Below, piece after piece: positions 1 through 12,115 of a stretch of DNA of 64,000 nt. A program made the translations under genes and the position numbers. Positions within the stretch are counted from its first letter, which is position 1, and every line of letters begins with the position of its first letter. Origin of the DNA: Torpedo marmorata (Eukaryota); NCBI GenBank assembly GCA_977017645.1, contig OZ360221.1, positions 205,592,001-205,656,000 on the forward strand, in the 5' to 3' direction. The notes below the pieces were generated by a model, which saw only the letters and a list, made by a program, of their open reading frames with translations, made no database searches and was not told where the DNA came from.

Positions 1-229
1 CAAGTTTCGTGGGTGGGTCAAAATCTACAGGAAACCAACAGGTACCAAAATAGTTTGACTTCAATATCTATCAAGACAACTATCAGGTAGTACATACACT
101 GCAAGGAGATTGGGGCCATGCAATAGGAGGATAGGTGACGAGATAAGGTGCCTGTGGAACCAGCTCCAATCTTGCTAGCGATATAATTCACAGAGTCCAC
201 TCACAGCCCTCGCGTTCTTTTCAGCGTTC

Positions 230-1200
230 CTGTGTAAGGGAACATTAGGCAGAGAGTGGTGGGAGTGCCAACTGAATGAGTAAATGCAGGCTCAATTTTG
301 ACATTTAAGAAAAATTTGGACAGGTACATGGATGGGAGGGGCATGGAGGGCTGTGGACAGGTACATGGACGGGAGGGGTATGGAGGGCTGTGGACAGGTA
401 CATGGACGGGAGGGGTATGGAGGGCTGTGGACAGGTACATGGACGGGAGGGGCATGGAGGGCTGTGGACAGGTACATGGACGGGAGGGGTATGGAGGGCT
501 GTGGACAGGTACATGGACGGGAGGGGTATGGAGGGCTGTGGTCAGGTACATGGACGGGAGGGGTATGGAGGGCTGTGGACAGGTACATGGACGGGAGGGG
601 TATGGAGGGCTGTGGACAGGTACATGGACGGGAGGGGTATGGAGGGCTGTGGTCAGGTACATGGACGGGAGGGGTATGGAGGGCTGTGGACAGGTACATG
701 GACGGGAGGGGTATGGAGGGCTGTGGACAGGTACATGGACGGGAGGGGTATGGAGGGCTGTGGTCAGGTACATGGACGGGAGGGGTATGGAGGGCTGTGG
801 ACAGGTACATGGACGGGAGGGGTATGGAGGGCTGTGGACAGGTACATGGACGGGAGGGGTATGGAGGGCTGTGGTCAGGTACATGGACGGGAGGGGTATG
901 GAGGGCTGTGGACAGGTACATGGACGGGAGGGGTATGGAGGGCTGTGGACAGGTACATGGACGGGAGGGGTATGGAGGGCTGTGGACAGGTACATGGACA
1001 GGAGGGGTGTGGACTGGGTGCAGGACAGATACATGGATGGGAGGGGTATGGAGGGCTATGGTCTGGGTGCAGGACAGGTACATGGACGGGAGGGGTATAG
1101 AGGGCTATGGTCTGGGTGCAGGTCAGTGGGACCAGGAACAAAAATAGTTTGGCACGGACTAGAAGGGCCTGTTTGTATGCTGTTGTGCTCTATGGTTCTG
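230..1200 (+). mobile_element. CR1/HER1-like LINE 3' end hosting a minisatellite
   Basis: Encodes TFKKNLDRYMDGRGMEG, matching the ORF2 C-terminus of the CR1 copy at 5300-5533 (FKEKLDRYMDEKGVEGYG). Ends in a gaagggcctgtt...tgctgt-type tail at ~1160-1200. Confidence 0.85.
318..1120 (+). repeat. 37-bp G-rich minisatellite (~18 near-perfect plus 3 degenerate units) with 111-bp higher-order period
   Basis: Unit ggacaggtacatggacgggaggggtatggagggctgt. The ggtcagg variant is in units starting 540, 651, 762 and 873; the ggcatgg variant is in units 318 and 429. Confidence 0.97.
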
Positions 1201-2756
1201 TGGAAGCAACACTACTTGTTTCCAAAAATAAACTTTATTTATGTTACAAGAAACCATCCAGTATTTTCACATCCTTCGTGTCATAGCCATACATTTCCAT
1301 CAATGTACATCTTTACATTCGTTTTTTTATTTAGCACCATTGCCACCACTGTGGCACTTTGTTGTTACTTTCCCCCTCTGTTTGAGGGACCTCCCCTCGG
1401 TCTCAGCCTCTCAATGCCCAGAAACAGGAGCTTAGACTATGGCTCTTCCTAACAACGCCTTCGAGTTGGCTGCGACAAGCCTCAGTGTGTCCCTCAGCAC
1501 GTATTGCTGCAGTCTGGAATGTGCCAGCCGGCAGCATTCCCTCACCGATATCTCAGTGTGCTGGAAAACTTAATTCGGCATACTGTGCTGGTGCCGGACT
1601 GACACAATATTGGATGTTATTACTATTAACAGTCCAACACATTTTTAATTTGTGTATTTTTAAAAGACGTTGCACAATATTAACAAATTTTCCAGTGAAT
1701 CTCGTAGGTTTAAAGGGAGTGCAGGAAACAAGGCCCCAGCAAGTGTAAAGGGAGCGCAGGAAACAGTGTCTTTATCTTGCGAGCCAGATGCCAAACCACT
1801 GGAATCGCCAAATAATCAGATCATGAACTATCGGAATTTTACTGTTATCATTCCAGTTCTCATCTCAAGCACCAACATCGCACCCCAGGATCGTGTATTG
1901 TGGAAATGCATGAAACTAAAACTCATCCGTGCATATTACTGCACCAGTCTTGCACAGGGCAGCAACAGGAGAGAATTTGGTTGCGGTGGGGGGGCAAAAA
2001 TAATTAAGGTTTCATGACCAGAGGTGTCATTCCATTAATCTTTCCCCATCTTTTGTTTCATGCACCTGACTGGATATCAAAATCACCTCTCTAATTTGCA
2101 ACCCTGCCAATGTTGATGCCACATCGCTTCAATCTGTCCTGTGAGGGAGATCTTAGCTCACTCTGGTCCCAGGTGCCTGGCTTCCTTGTCTGCGACAGTC
2201 TCACTTGCAGCAGCTTGCCACGTACAGATTGTAAGGGCTTAAATATTCGAGGGTATGCCTAAACAATGGTAAATTGACTCCGGCACAAAATAGCTGTGGC
2301 TTAAAAATATTGATTTTTGTAAAAAGGATTTTAAAAATGATTACAATTGATATTATCACTACCCAGTGTAACGTGGAGAGCACAGTCCTGAATGGTCAAG
2401 GTTCAATCCAAACATGGAACACGTAAAAGCAACTGCAGCAAAACCAGAGTGTGGATAAATCGAAGTAAAATGATAGCCAGGCTTCACATTTCCTTGAACT
2501 AACACTCAAATCATCTGTCCTCCAAAGTGAAAATATTTGTATGCGAAGAATATTTGTATGTGAAGGAGCTCCACTGCAATGCTCCCGAGGTACAGCCAAT
2601 CACCCGATCAGTAGACCGAGGTTTGCCAGTTGAATTGGAACCCTATTAAAGTGAGTGCAGTCACTAGGATGGTATTCCTAGCGTTCATGGTCTTGGGCTC
2701 GGACAAGGTACTTGAAATGCAGCAGCATACCCTAGAAACAACAGCATACCCCAGGC

Positions 2757-2960
2757 TGCACAATTAGCGTCGTGGTTAGCACAACGTTATTACAGTGCCA
2801 GCGACCCAGGTTCAAATCCAGCGCTGTCTGTAAGGAGTCTGCACATTCTCCCTGTGTCTGCACGGGTTTCTCCAAGTGCTCCAGTTTCCTCCCACATCCC
2901 AAAGATGACCGGAGTTAGTAGGTCAATTGGTAACATGGGTGTATTTGGGTGGCGTGGGCT
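2757..2960 (+). mobile_element. V-SINE (HE1-like, tRNA-derived), diverged
   Basis: B-box-like ggttcaaatcc followed by the V-domain ctgtaaggagtctgcacattctccctgtgtctgcacgggtttc; matches the cleaner copies at 47.6-50.4 kb. Confidence 0.85.
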
Positions 2961-3029
2961 GCAAATGATTTGCTCACAATTTTAAATTTATAAAATGGGT
3001 AACTTGCTTAAAAAAACACAAAATTCTCA

Positions 3030-3225
3030 ATACACGAACATGCTGGAGATATTCAGCAGGTCACGCAGCATCCACAGGAAGTAATGGGCAACCAATGTGT
3101 TGGGACTGGGCCCTTTGGCGGGTATAAGCAAAAACAGGCAGGCGCCTGCCCCTTCCTCCCTCTTCTCCTCCTCCCCCCTCCCCCTACCTTTTTATTCAGT
3201 TGCCTGGCTATTTGCTACTCCATAG
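3030..3225 (-). mobile_element. Penelope-like element terminal (pLTR) fragment
   Basis: tgctggagatattcagcaggtcacgcagcatcc is the same terminal motif attached to GIY-YIG coding sequence at 7596-7970. Confidence 0.7.
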
Positions 3226-4344
3226 CAATTGTACTCATTTCTTGTCCTGCCAGTCTAACCTGGCCCAGGCTCATTGGTCAAATTCCCTGGAATAATGCAG
3301 GGGAGTTGCAAGTTTGCACACAACACTGGATTCGGCAAGAAGTCCGACATCAGAGTGATGTTGAGAAATGCCTGGGGAGTAGTCACCAAATTTTGGATTC
3401 CTCATCCAAGTAAGAATCCCACACTTCACAGCAATCACCAGGGAAGAAATGTTGTTGGATCCAACAGGGGACCACCAACGTTCCCGGAGAAAAAAAATCC
3501 AGTCCACAGGCAGATTACTAAAAGCAACCATCTGCTTCTCAACTGATTTTTATTTCACTAACCTCCTCGGTCTTCCATCCTCTCCTCACCCCAACTTCCT
3601 TGTAAAACTTCACATCCAAGTCCTGCCCAAGTTGCCAGCTTTCACAGGTGTTAAGCAACGAGTTTTGAAAATAATCGGGACCGAAGCCTCCACCTCAACT
3701 CCCTTCTCCCTTTCCCCATCACAAAAAAAATTAAGCAGCGAACTGCTCCTAAAATAAAAATCATACACCATCCTGCCTTGAAAATCCTAAAATATGCAAC
3801 TTAATCCTAAAGCCCAATGTAGAAAGAAAGCTTCAACACACTAGAGTGCAGCAGCTTCATGAAGGTTCACCATCACCTACTCACTGGAAGGAAGAGATGC
3901 TAGCTTCCTGTAAACGAACAGAAGTACCATCAGGTTTCTAATCCAGGAAATTCGGATGGGCTCCCTTGAAGCTGATCCCAGTGAGTTAAACAGCCAAGCC
4001 TTGCTGCCTTGTCCCTGGCAGTCGATTCAGACCTTTGTAAAAAAAACTGTCTGAAACTGCTGCCAGCAGAGAGTATCTAGACTGAGCTTCCAACACAAAC
4101 CCCTGGAGACAAAGCTTAATTGCTGTCAATATTGGAACGTGGTCAGCTGTGGGAAAAGAATCACCATTTGCTTCAAGATTTCTCCACCCCTGCCCTTCTC
4201 AAAAAGACGCGGTAAACACATTTATTTGATTTTAAATGCCTGTCTGGAAATCCCTGTCCAGTTACGGAATATCAGTACTTTTCAAAAATGAAAATGTCCT
4301 GCTGCACAAGAACTCTGCAACCATAAATTGGTGGAAGCAAATAT

Positions 4345-4710
4345 TAACATGTCAGAGAAACACAAAAACTGCAGTTCAAACAACGAGCTGCTGGAGGAAC
4401 CCAGAGAGTCAGTCAACAGTTTGGGTCGGGACCCTTTATTGAGATCATGATAAAAAGAGGTGCTGTAAAATAAAGAGGCTGGGGAGGATCCAGAGGTGAT
4501 AGTGTGAGAGGTGAAGAGACAGATCGAGGAAGAGACAACTAAGAGGTGGGGGGGGGGGGGAAAGAGAAGGAGGGAAGAAAAGTTAGAGCAGAAAAGAGGA
4601 CAACACTTCATATTTCCCCTGGACAGCCTTAAACGTAACAGCATAAAAACAGATTTTTCCAATTTTAGGTAACCCCCACCCCCATCTGGTTCCACTGTTT
4701 CCATCTCATC
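4345..4710. mobile_element. Penelope-like remnant with inverted arrangement
   Basis: Minus-oriented terminal motif (gctggaggaaccc...gggtcgggacccttt), then plus-strand caacacttcatatttcccctggacagcc...gatttttccaattttaggtaa, resembling the PLE C-terminus (QHLIF.LGSL...DFSNFR*). Confidence 0.65.
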
Positions 4711-4718
4711 ACCTAGAC

Positions 4719-5212
4719 CAGGTGTCCCCAAACTTTTTAGACCATCAACCCCTTCATGGAATCCTTGATCCCTCATAGACCACCAGGCATGTACAAAAAT
4801 AAATAATAATCTAGAAAGATACATAAGACCCCCAGGCATGTACAAAAAAAATAATAATAAAAGTAATTAAGTAGATTTTCGTTACATACTGGAAAATAAA
4901 GCTAAAGCTTTACAACAAGCAAGCAAGTGATCACACTAACAGTAAAAAAAAAACACCTTTGCTTCTGGCCGGGAAGATGCCAAATGGAGCTGGGTCCAAG
5001 TCTTCAGCATCGGCTACAGCAACTTCATTCTCAGCATCGGGTGCGGTGCCGTCCACATCGAAGGGGTCGCCTCGGGCTCCCGTGCAGGAGCGGGGACCTC
5101 GGGCTCTACAATCGACCCCCCCGGCGTTTATCAACCCCCTGGCATTTTTTGACCCCTTGGATAGTCCCATCAACCCCCCAGGGGATGATATTGACCACTT
5201 TGGAGACCCCTA
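4719..5212. mobile_element. Non-autonomous hAT (Charlie-like) MITE
   Basis: Termini CAGGTGTCCCCAAAC ... CTTTGGAGACCCCTA. Flanking 8-mers acctagac (4711-4718) and acctcgat (5213-5220) are 6/8 identical, consistent with an 8-bp TSD. Confidence 0.8.
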
Positions 5213-5224
5213 ACCTCGATCCAT

Positions 5225-6440
5225 ATAACCATTTAACACTTACAGCACAGAAACAGGCCAGTTCGGCCCTTCTAGTCCATGCCGAACACCTTATCCCACC
5301 TAGTCCCACTGACCCACACCCGGCCCATAACCCTCCACACCTTTCTCGTCCATATACCTATCCAACTTTTCCTTAAACATTAAAATTGAACCTGCATCTA
5401 CCACTTCGGCCGCAAGCTCGTTCCACCCTCCTACCACCCTCTGAGTGAAGAAATTCCCCCTCATGTTTCCTCTAAACTTTTCTCCCTTCAATCTCAATCC
5501 ATGCCCTCTTGTTTGAATCTTCCCCACTCTCAAATTGAAAAAGCCTATCCACGTTGACTCTCTGTCCCCTTCATAATTTTAAATACCTCTATCAAAACAC
5601 CCCTCAACTTTCTACGCTCCAGGGAATAAAGTCCCAGCCTGCTCAACCTTTCCCTGTAACTCAAACCCAGAAACCCAGGCAACATTCTTGTAAATCTCCT
5701 CTGCACTCTCTCTATTCTATTTATATCCTTCCTATAATTCAGCGACCAAAACTGCACACAATATTCCAAATTTGGCCTAACCAATGCCTTATACAACTTC
5801 AACATGACATCCCAACTCCTATATTCAATACTCTGATTTATGAAGGCCAACATACCAAATGCTTTCTTCACCACCCTATCTACGTGTGACTCAACTTTCA
5901 GCGAATTATGTACCAGAATTCCTAAATCTCTGTTCTTCTGCACTCCTCAATTGTCTTCCATTTAACACGTATGATCTATGCTGATTAGTCCTACCAAAAT
6001 GTAGCACCTCACATTTATCAGTATTAAACTCCATCTGCCATGTTTCCGCCCACTCTTCTAACTGTCCTATATCCCCCTGCAAGCTTTGATATCCCTCTTC
6101 ACTGTCCACAACACCACCAATCTTCGTATCATCTGCATACTTACTAATCCAATTTATCACCCTATCATCTAGATCATTAATATATATGACAAACAACAAT
6201 GGACCCAGTACCGATCCCTGAGGCACTCCACTAGTCACCGGCCTCCATTTTGACAAACAATTTTCCACCACTACTCTCTGGCATCTCTTATCCAACCATT
6301 GTTGAATCCATTTCACTACTTCGTTAATACCTAATGCTTGAACCTTCCTAACTAGCCTCTTATGCGGAACCTTGTCAAATGCCTTACTAAAGTCCACAGC
6401 CTTCCCCTCGTCAACCTTCTTAGTAACCTCATCGAAAAAC
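5225..6440 (-). mobile_element. 5'-truncated CR1/HER1-like LINE (RT and C-terminus, frameshifted)
   Basis: ORFs DFSKAFDKVPH...SGVPQGSVLGPLLF...KYADD, LVRPNLEYCVQFWS and TRGHGLRL...FFTQRVV. Confidence 0.97.
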
Positions 6441-6700
6441 TCAGATTTCCCCCTCCCTTTTCTGGTGGTCTCTCCATCTCTCTCCCCTTCTGTTCAATAC
6501 CCTGTCATCTCTGGGTCCCTCCACCAGCTTTCCCCCTTTATATACATAATATCACTTTTTTTTTTATTTTTATAAAGTCTTATAAAGGGTCCTGGCCTTT
6601 TAATGCTGACTGACCATTTCTCCCCATGGATGCTGCCTGATCCGCTGAGTCCCTCCAGCAGCTCATTAGTTTAAGGTCTGCCATTCTGAAATCAAGCCCA
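6441..6700 (+). mobile_element. Penelope-like terminal fragment
   Basis: Pyrimidine tract followed by aagggtcctggcc...gatgctgcctgatccgctgagtccctccagca, the reverse complement of the PLE terminal motif. Confidence 0.65.
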
Positions 6701-7595
6701 CCATCACTTAATGACTGCATGAGCAGGGACGCAACAAATGGAAACATATTAAATGCCGTCTGCACAGAGATTGAAACGGAAGAGAGGGAGATATATCCGG
6801 CAGTAAAAGACTTTTCATCAATCCTCCATGAAGGCAAACTACATGCACATGTCAATTTTCTTTCGAGAAGGAGGATCTCTGATGTTTTGCAAACAAAAAG
6901 ATTGAAGCTAATCATCACAAGACACATTTAGGAATCAGAGTGAAAGATCCTGAGTCATAATTGCTTTACTGAAGTCCTTAGCCAGCCTGAATAACAAGAT
7001 CAGCAATGATGCCCCGCTATGTTTCCACACCATTGCATGTTTGTTATAAAATTTAAGGGTCAGATTTTTTGTGGCAGCATCAAGAATGCAGAGCTTTCCA
7101 TTCATTGCTGCAGCAGACTGCTTTTTACTTCTTGCTTCCATGTCTGGAGGCTTCCTTTACTGTGTCTCTGAGAGGAAGGAAAGTTGGATCTAACGCAAGG
7201 GTTGTAAAATGCTACATCTTCCTGCTCCCTCTTCTCTGGGCAGGAAGGGGTGGGTGGGCAAAAGATGCAAGGTTTCCTGCCACACTGAAATTCACTGCAT
7301 GGCAGGGAGCCCAATAAACAGCACAGACATCTGTTACCTGGTATATCAGACCAATTACACATTAACCAAAACCATGCAGGTCCAAACAACACCAGTCTGA
7401 GTGTCATTGTGGAGGTTTGAATGACAAAAAGCACTCTGTTCTATCTACCTGCCACCATGAAGGCATCCTCTCAAGATACATTAGTACCTATTCTTGTACA
7501 AGACAACACAAACTGGATAGCACCACTGTTATCTGGTTGCTTGCTTTCAATGCAGGTGCTTACAACATGACTAGAGTGGACCCACAAAAAGTAGT

Positions 7596-7970
7596 AAAAG
7601 CACAAAAGCACTGGAGAAACTCAGCAGGTCTCGCAGGGTCCATAGGAGGGATAAGATATATAACCAATGTTTCGGGCCCAAACCCTTCAAAGTATGAGCA
7701 AAAAGCAGCCAGGCACCGGAATAAAAAAGCTGGGGGAGGAGGAGGGAAGAAAGGGCAGGGGGAAAGAGTACAGACCATCAAGCAAAAGGCCATAATTGGA
7801 CATGGATAGGAGGGCAGGAGAGAAAAGGGGTTGCTACTGGGAGATCCCAGTTATTGCAGTGGACAGAGTGAAGGTGCTCAACAAAGCTATCTCCCAGTCT
7901 GCGTCCAGTCTCTCTGATGTAGAGACCACAACAGGATGACCTCTGCAGACTCACAAGTGAAGTGTTGCTT
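7596..7970 (-). mobile_element. Penelope-like element 3' part (GIY-YIG remnant plus terminal repeat)
   Basis: Minus ORF GLYIRETGRRLGDSFVEHLHSV...DLPVA is GIY-YIG endonuclease-like; terminal ctggagaaactcagcaggtc...tttcgggccc. Confidence 0.85.
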
Positions 7971-8819
7971 TGTTCCACACTATTGCAGTAGAAGAGCGAA
8001 AGTAGAATGCAGCAGTAATTGAACAGACCTGGTTGGAAAAACTGGGTCCTTCCTGATTCCTGCACTGGTTCAGCTGGAAACACTGATCAAGTATCTGCGG
8101 GGACACCCAAGTGAAGAAATTCACCACCAGGAATGATACACACTTCCCACTGATGAACATCATCTAGCAACGCTGGGACAGCTGGTAAGGGGAGCATTAG
8201 GTTCACTGAGAAGCTTAAGGTTTAGACATCAACAATATAGGAACAAGACAGTCACTAGAAAAATTACTGTTTCAACATTCACTTGCATTTAGCCATTTAT
8301 AGTTGCAAACACTTCCAGGCAGTTTGAAGCAAACTGTGTGGTCTCAAACAATACAATATGACCACACAATCTGCGCTTTCGTGATGTAAACGGAGAAACA
8401 CTGGCCAGGACACCGACAAAAAATTCACCATAATTCCTTAAAGTGAGATCTGTTGTATTCACTCGAATGCAACCCAGTACCTACAAGAACAAACACCAGC
8501 ACCAACAACTTGACAGTGGAGAGGAGGTTGCTATTGAGAAGGGGAAACCACCAACAGAAAAAAATGTCCGCATGCCATCCTTTCCAAGGAGCAATTAACA
8601 ATGATTTGTTAATAGACCAGGGTATTGAACAGTGTCATCGTCAGGGTAAGTGCATTATACATTAACGTCAGTGGACAAGAGAGTAAAGATATTGAGTCAG
8701 CCACGGTCTCGACTACAAGCCTGATGGGACAGCTTAAAAGTGGCACTTCACAGATGATGCTTACTTTCCTTTATTTACTTTAAAAAAGCCTCAAAACATT
8801 TTGTCACGGTTTACTGAAA

Positions 8820-9190
8820 CAAGATTCCTGATAAAAGTTCATAAAATTATTAGATCAGGTAAAGTCAGAATTTTCTTCCCAGGGTAAAAATGTCAAATAC
8901 CAGTGGACCTGTGTTTCAGGTTGGGGGGGGGGGGGGTCGTGGATAGACAGAATTTAAAGGAAAATGTGCAGGGAATTTTTTTTTTCGACTGAGTGGTAGG
9001 TGCCTGGGATGTGCTGCGGGGAGCAGTGGTGGAAGCAGATACAAAAGCAATGCTTAAGAGGCTTCCAGGCATACACAGGATTACGCGTGCTATAACAGGA
9101 TGTGCATCATGTGCACACAGCAGAGATTTCGTTGGGCATCATATTCGGCAGAAATCGTGGGCCAACAGGGCCTGTTCCTGTGCTGTTCTA
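8820..9190 (+). mobile_element. Degenerate CR1-like 3' end
   Basis: ORF (V)VGAWDVLRGAVVEADT resembles RVVGAWNALP..VVEADT; tail gggccaacagggcctgttcctgtgctgt. Confidence 0.8.
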
Positions 9191-10109
9191 CGCTCTGGCA
9201 GAGGGAGCCTGGCATTTACAATAAATTGAGACAGCTCTGTGCTGGCAAAGAGGAACAGATCACCTTCCACCCAGCTCCTTGCACTTTACACTCCTCACAT
9301 GGACTAAACCCCTTTCTGCTGCAGTCTTTGATGTGCTAAGCACTGTGTGGGATATTTGCGTCTCATTCAGCACGTTGCTCATTTCTGGTGGGTTGACTAA
9401 AAACATTCATGATGTTGCTCAACCATTCAGTTCCCCCACTCGCCTTCCTGAACACCATCACTGTTTCCTTTTCTTTTGATCTTCAAAAAAAAAAAAAAGT
9501 GGAATGAAAAGTTCAACGTCAGAATTTTTCAACAAGGACAGCGCAAACATCTGAAATTAATTGTGGTTGGGGAGGGAAACCCTGCAGTCCTGATAAAAAT
9601 CAAGTAACAAACAGAACCTTCCTCCTCACCTACATATCCAACTAATCTCCATCTTCCTCCTCCTCAGCACCCTTCAAGGAAAGGAACTGCAATCTCAAGT
9701 TTCCAAGAAGAAAGAAGAAAACTACAATTTCCCACACCAAGTGGCCATCTCTTGCATCACACACTTTCTGGAAAGAAGCAGCTTGTATTCTCATCCTGCG
9801 CCTACACTACAGTATTATTCAGATGATTCTGCAATGTATGTTGAAGTCACCTGTCGTCTGAGCTGATAAAGAATGGTAAGTGGCTCATTTCTTCATCAAC
9901 AAGATGGGAATATGGTAAAACAAACTCCTCTAGTCAAAAAAACTACCTTCCATAAAGTTTATGCAAATTATCGAGCAATCATTCTATCTTACAGTATTCA
10001 TCATCAAGAGCAAACTCCAGCTAATGCTATTGATTCAATTGCTTGCCAGATCTTGCCCAGCTAGCAGAGCATTGCAGGAGTCAAAGTCACACCAACAGAA
10101 ACACAAGTG

Positions 10110-10300
10110 TGGCTCAACTCAGTGAGTGACGAGCAGCCTTGAGTCAGAAGTCATGGTTTCGTGTCCAACTATGTGACTTGACAACTCTAAGAAGTCAAGA
10201 GACTCCTGCAATGTTCTAGGTGGCGTTTCTCAAATGAGCTGTCACACTGAGGTTGCATTGGTCAGGCAGAACTGAGAGATGGTGGGGCACTGTTTATACA
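10110..10300 (+). mobile_element. Possible ancient DeuSINE-like SINE remnant
   Basis: tgagtcagaagtcatggtttcgtgtcc...ggtggcgtttctcaaatgag resembles the DeuSINE head and core; highly decayed, recognised from memory only. Confidence 0.35.
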
Positions 10301-10721
10301 TCAGCCTATAGCCCGGTTAGCAATCGGCGTTTGCCTGAGTGATGTGATCGTAAGCCGTTCTGTTAGTTGGGTAGCAAAGCACAGCAAACAAATTCTCTCT
10401 CCTTTTGAAGCAAACTGTCCTTGTAGAATCCTGCACAAAACTGGCCTGCATTGGTTGGGGACTGCTGTTGCTAATGATTGCAGCAAGAGAAAATGATCAT
10501 AGCAGCTGGAGGCTTTGAGAACGGCCATGAAGCATGCAACTGGACTGCTTCGATATGAAGTATGTTGGAAGTGCTTCTGCAACTTGGTTCACGTTCCTGA
10601 AGATTCATTAGGATGCATTCTACTGGTGGTGACAAGTCTAGAACCCCTGCAATTATACCTGCTATAAAGGAGAAAGACCCCAAGCAGTAGCAGCTTGAGC
10701 TATTGGAATATTTCACCTGCG

Positions 10722-12115
10722 CATTTTCAACCTCTCATTGCAGCAGTCAGAGGTTCCCACCTGCTTCAAAAGGGCATCAATCATCCCGGTACCCAAGAAG
10801 AGTAGTGTGGGCTGCCTCAACGACTACCGCCCAGTAGCACTAACTTCTACTGTGATGAAATGCTTTGAGAGGCTGGTCATGGCCAGAATTAACACGTGCC
10901 TAAGCAAAGATCTGGACCCACTGCAATTCGCTTATCATCACAATCGCTCCACAGCAGATGCAATATCGCTGGCTCTCCACTCAGCTCTGGATCACTTCGA
11001 AAACAGCAATTCATACATACGGCTGCTCTTCATCGACAACAGCTCGGCCTTCAATACCATTATTCCCTCAGTGCTGGTCAAGAAGCTACAAACTCTAGGC
11101 CTCTGAACCCCACTCTGCAACTGGATCCTTGACTTTCTCATCGGAAGACCACAGTCAGTACGAATTGGAAACAACGTCTCCTCCTCACTGATTATCAACA
11201 CAGGCGCACCCCAAGGATGCGTGCTTAGTCCACTGCTCTACTCGTTATACACCCATGACTGTGTGGCCAGGCACAATTCCAATGCCATCTACAAGTTTGC
11301 CGATGACACCACATTGTCAGCAGAATCACAAACGGCAATGAGGAAGCGTACAGGAGGGAGATAGATCAGCTAATTGAATGGTGTAACGACAACAACCTTG
11401 AGCTCAACGTCAGCAAAACCAAGGAGATGATTGTGGACTTCAAGAGGAAGTCAGGGGAACACGACCCAGTCATCATCGAGGGCTCAGTAGTGGAGAGGGA
11501 CAAGAACTTCAAATTCCTGGGTGTCAACATCTCCGAGGATCTGTCCTGGAGCCTCCACGTTGATGCAATCACAAAGAAGGCTCGCCAGCGGCTATACTTT
11601 GAGGTGTCTGAGGAGATTCGGTATGTCACCAAAGACTCTCGTAAACTTCTACAGGTGTACCGTGGAGAGCATTCTGGCTGGTTGCATCACTGCCTGGTTT
11701 GGAGGCGCCAACTCTCAGGACAAGAGTAAACTCCAGAGGGTTGTTAACTCGGCCTGTGACATCACAGGCACCAAACTTCACTCCATCGAGGACATCTACA
11801 TGAGGCGGTGTCTTAAAAAAGCAGCCTCTATCCTCAAAGACCCCCACCATCCAGGCCATGCCCTCTTCACTCTGCTTCCATCGGGAAAAAGGTACAGGAG
11901 CCTAAAGTCGAGCACTCAACGGCACAAGGACAGCTTCTTCCCCGTTGCCATCAGATTCCTGAATAATCAATGAACCAAAGACACTGCCTTACTTTTCGTG
12001 CACTATTATTTATAATTTTTTATAGTAATGTCGCAAGATGGTTATAATGTGAATGTTAATTGCACTACGATGCTGCCGCAAAACACCAAATTTCATGACA
12101 ATAAATTCTGATTCA
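10722..12115 (+). mobile_element. 5'-truncated Rex1/Babar-like LINE, relatively young
   Basis: [12 protein letters not shown]...[38 protein letters not shown] (~11292-11306) and C-terminal LRRFGMS...DSFFPVAIRFLN. One stop and a couple of frameshifts; tail aataaattctgattc. Confidence 0.96.

Noticed and set aside
318-1020. CRISPR-like regular repeats
   Set aside because: Units are head-to-tail with no unique spacers, there are no cas genes, and the context is eukaryotic.
201-1452. Long ORFs (up to 384 aa) in several frames on both strands
   Set aside because: They arise from a stop-free 37-bp tandem repeat and are not a gene.
1480-1846. Possible Tigger-like right end (atcggaattttactgt)
   Set aside because: No matching left TIR found.
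9813-9875. Plus-strand AG...GTAAGT mini-exon
   Set aside because: Stops in all frames and no supporting neighbouring exons; likely chance.
10471-10716. Minus-strand ORF with an acceptor-like site near 10660
   Set aside because: No recognisable protein and no convincing downstream donor.
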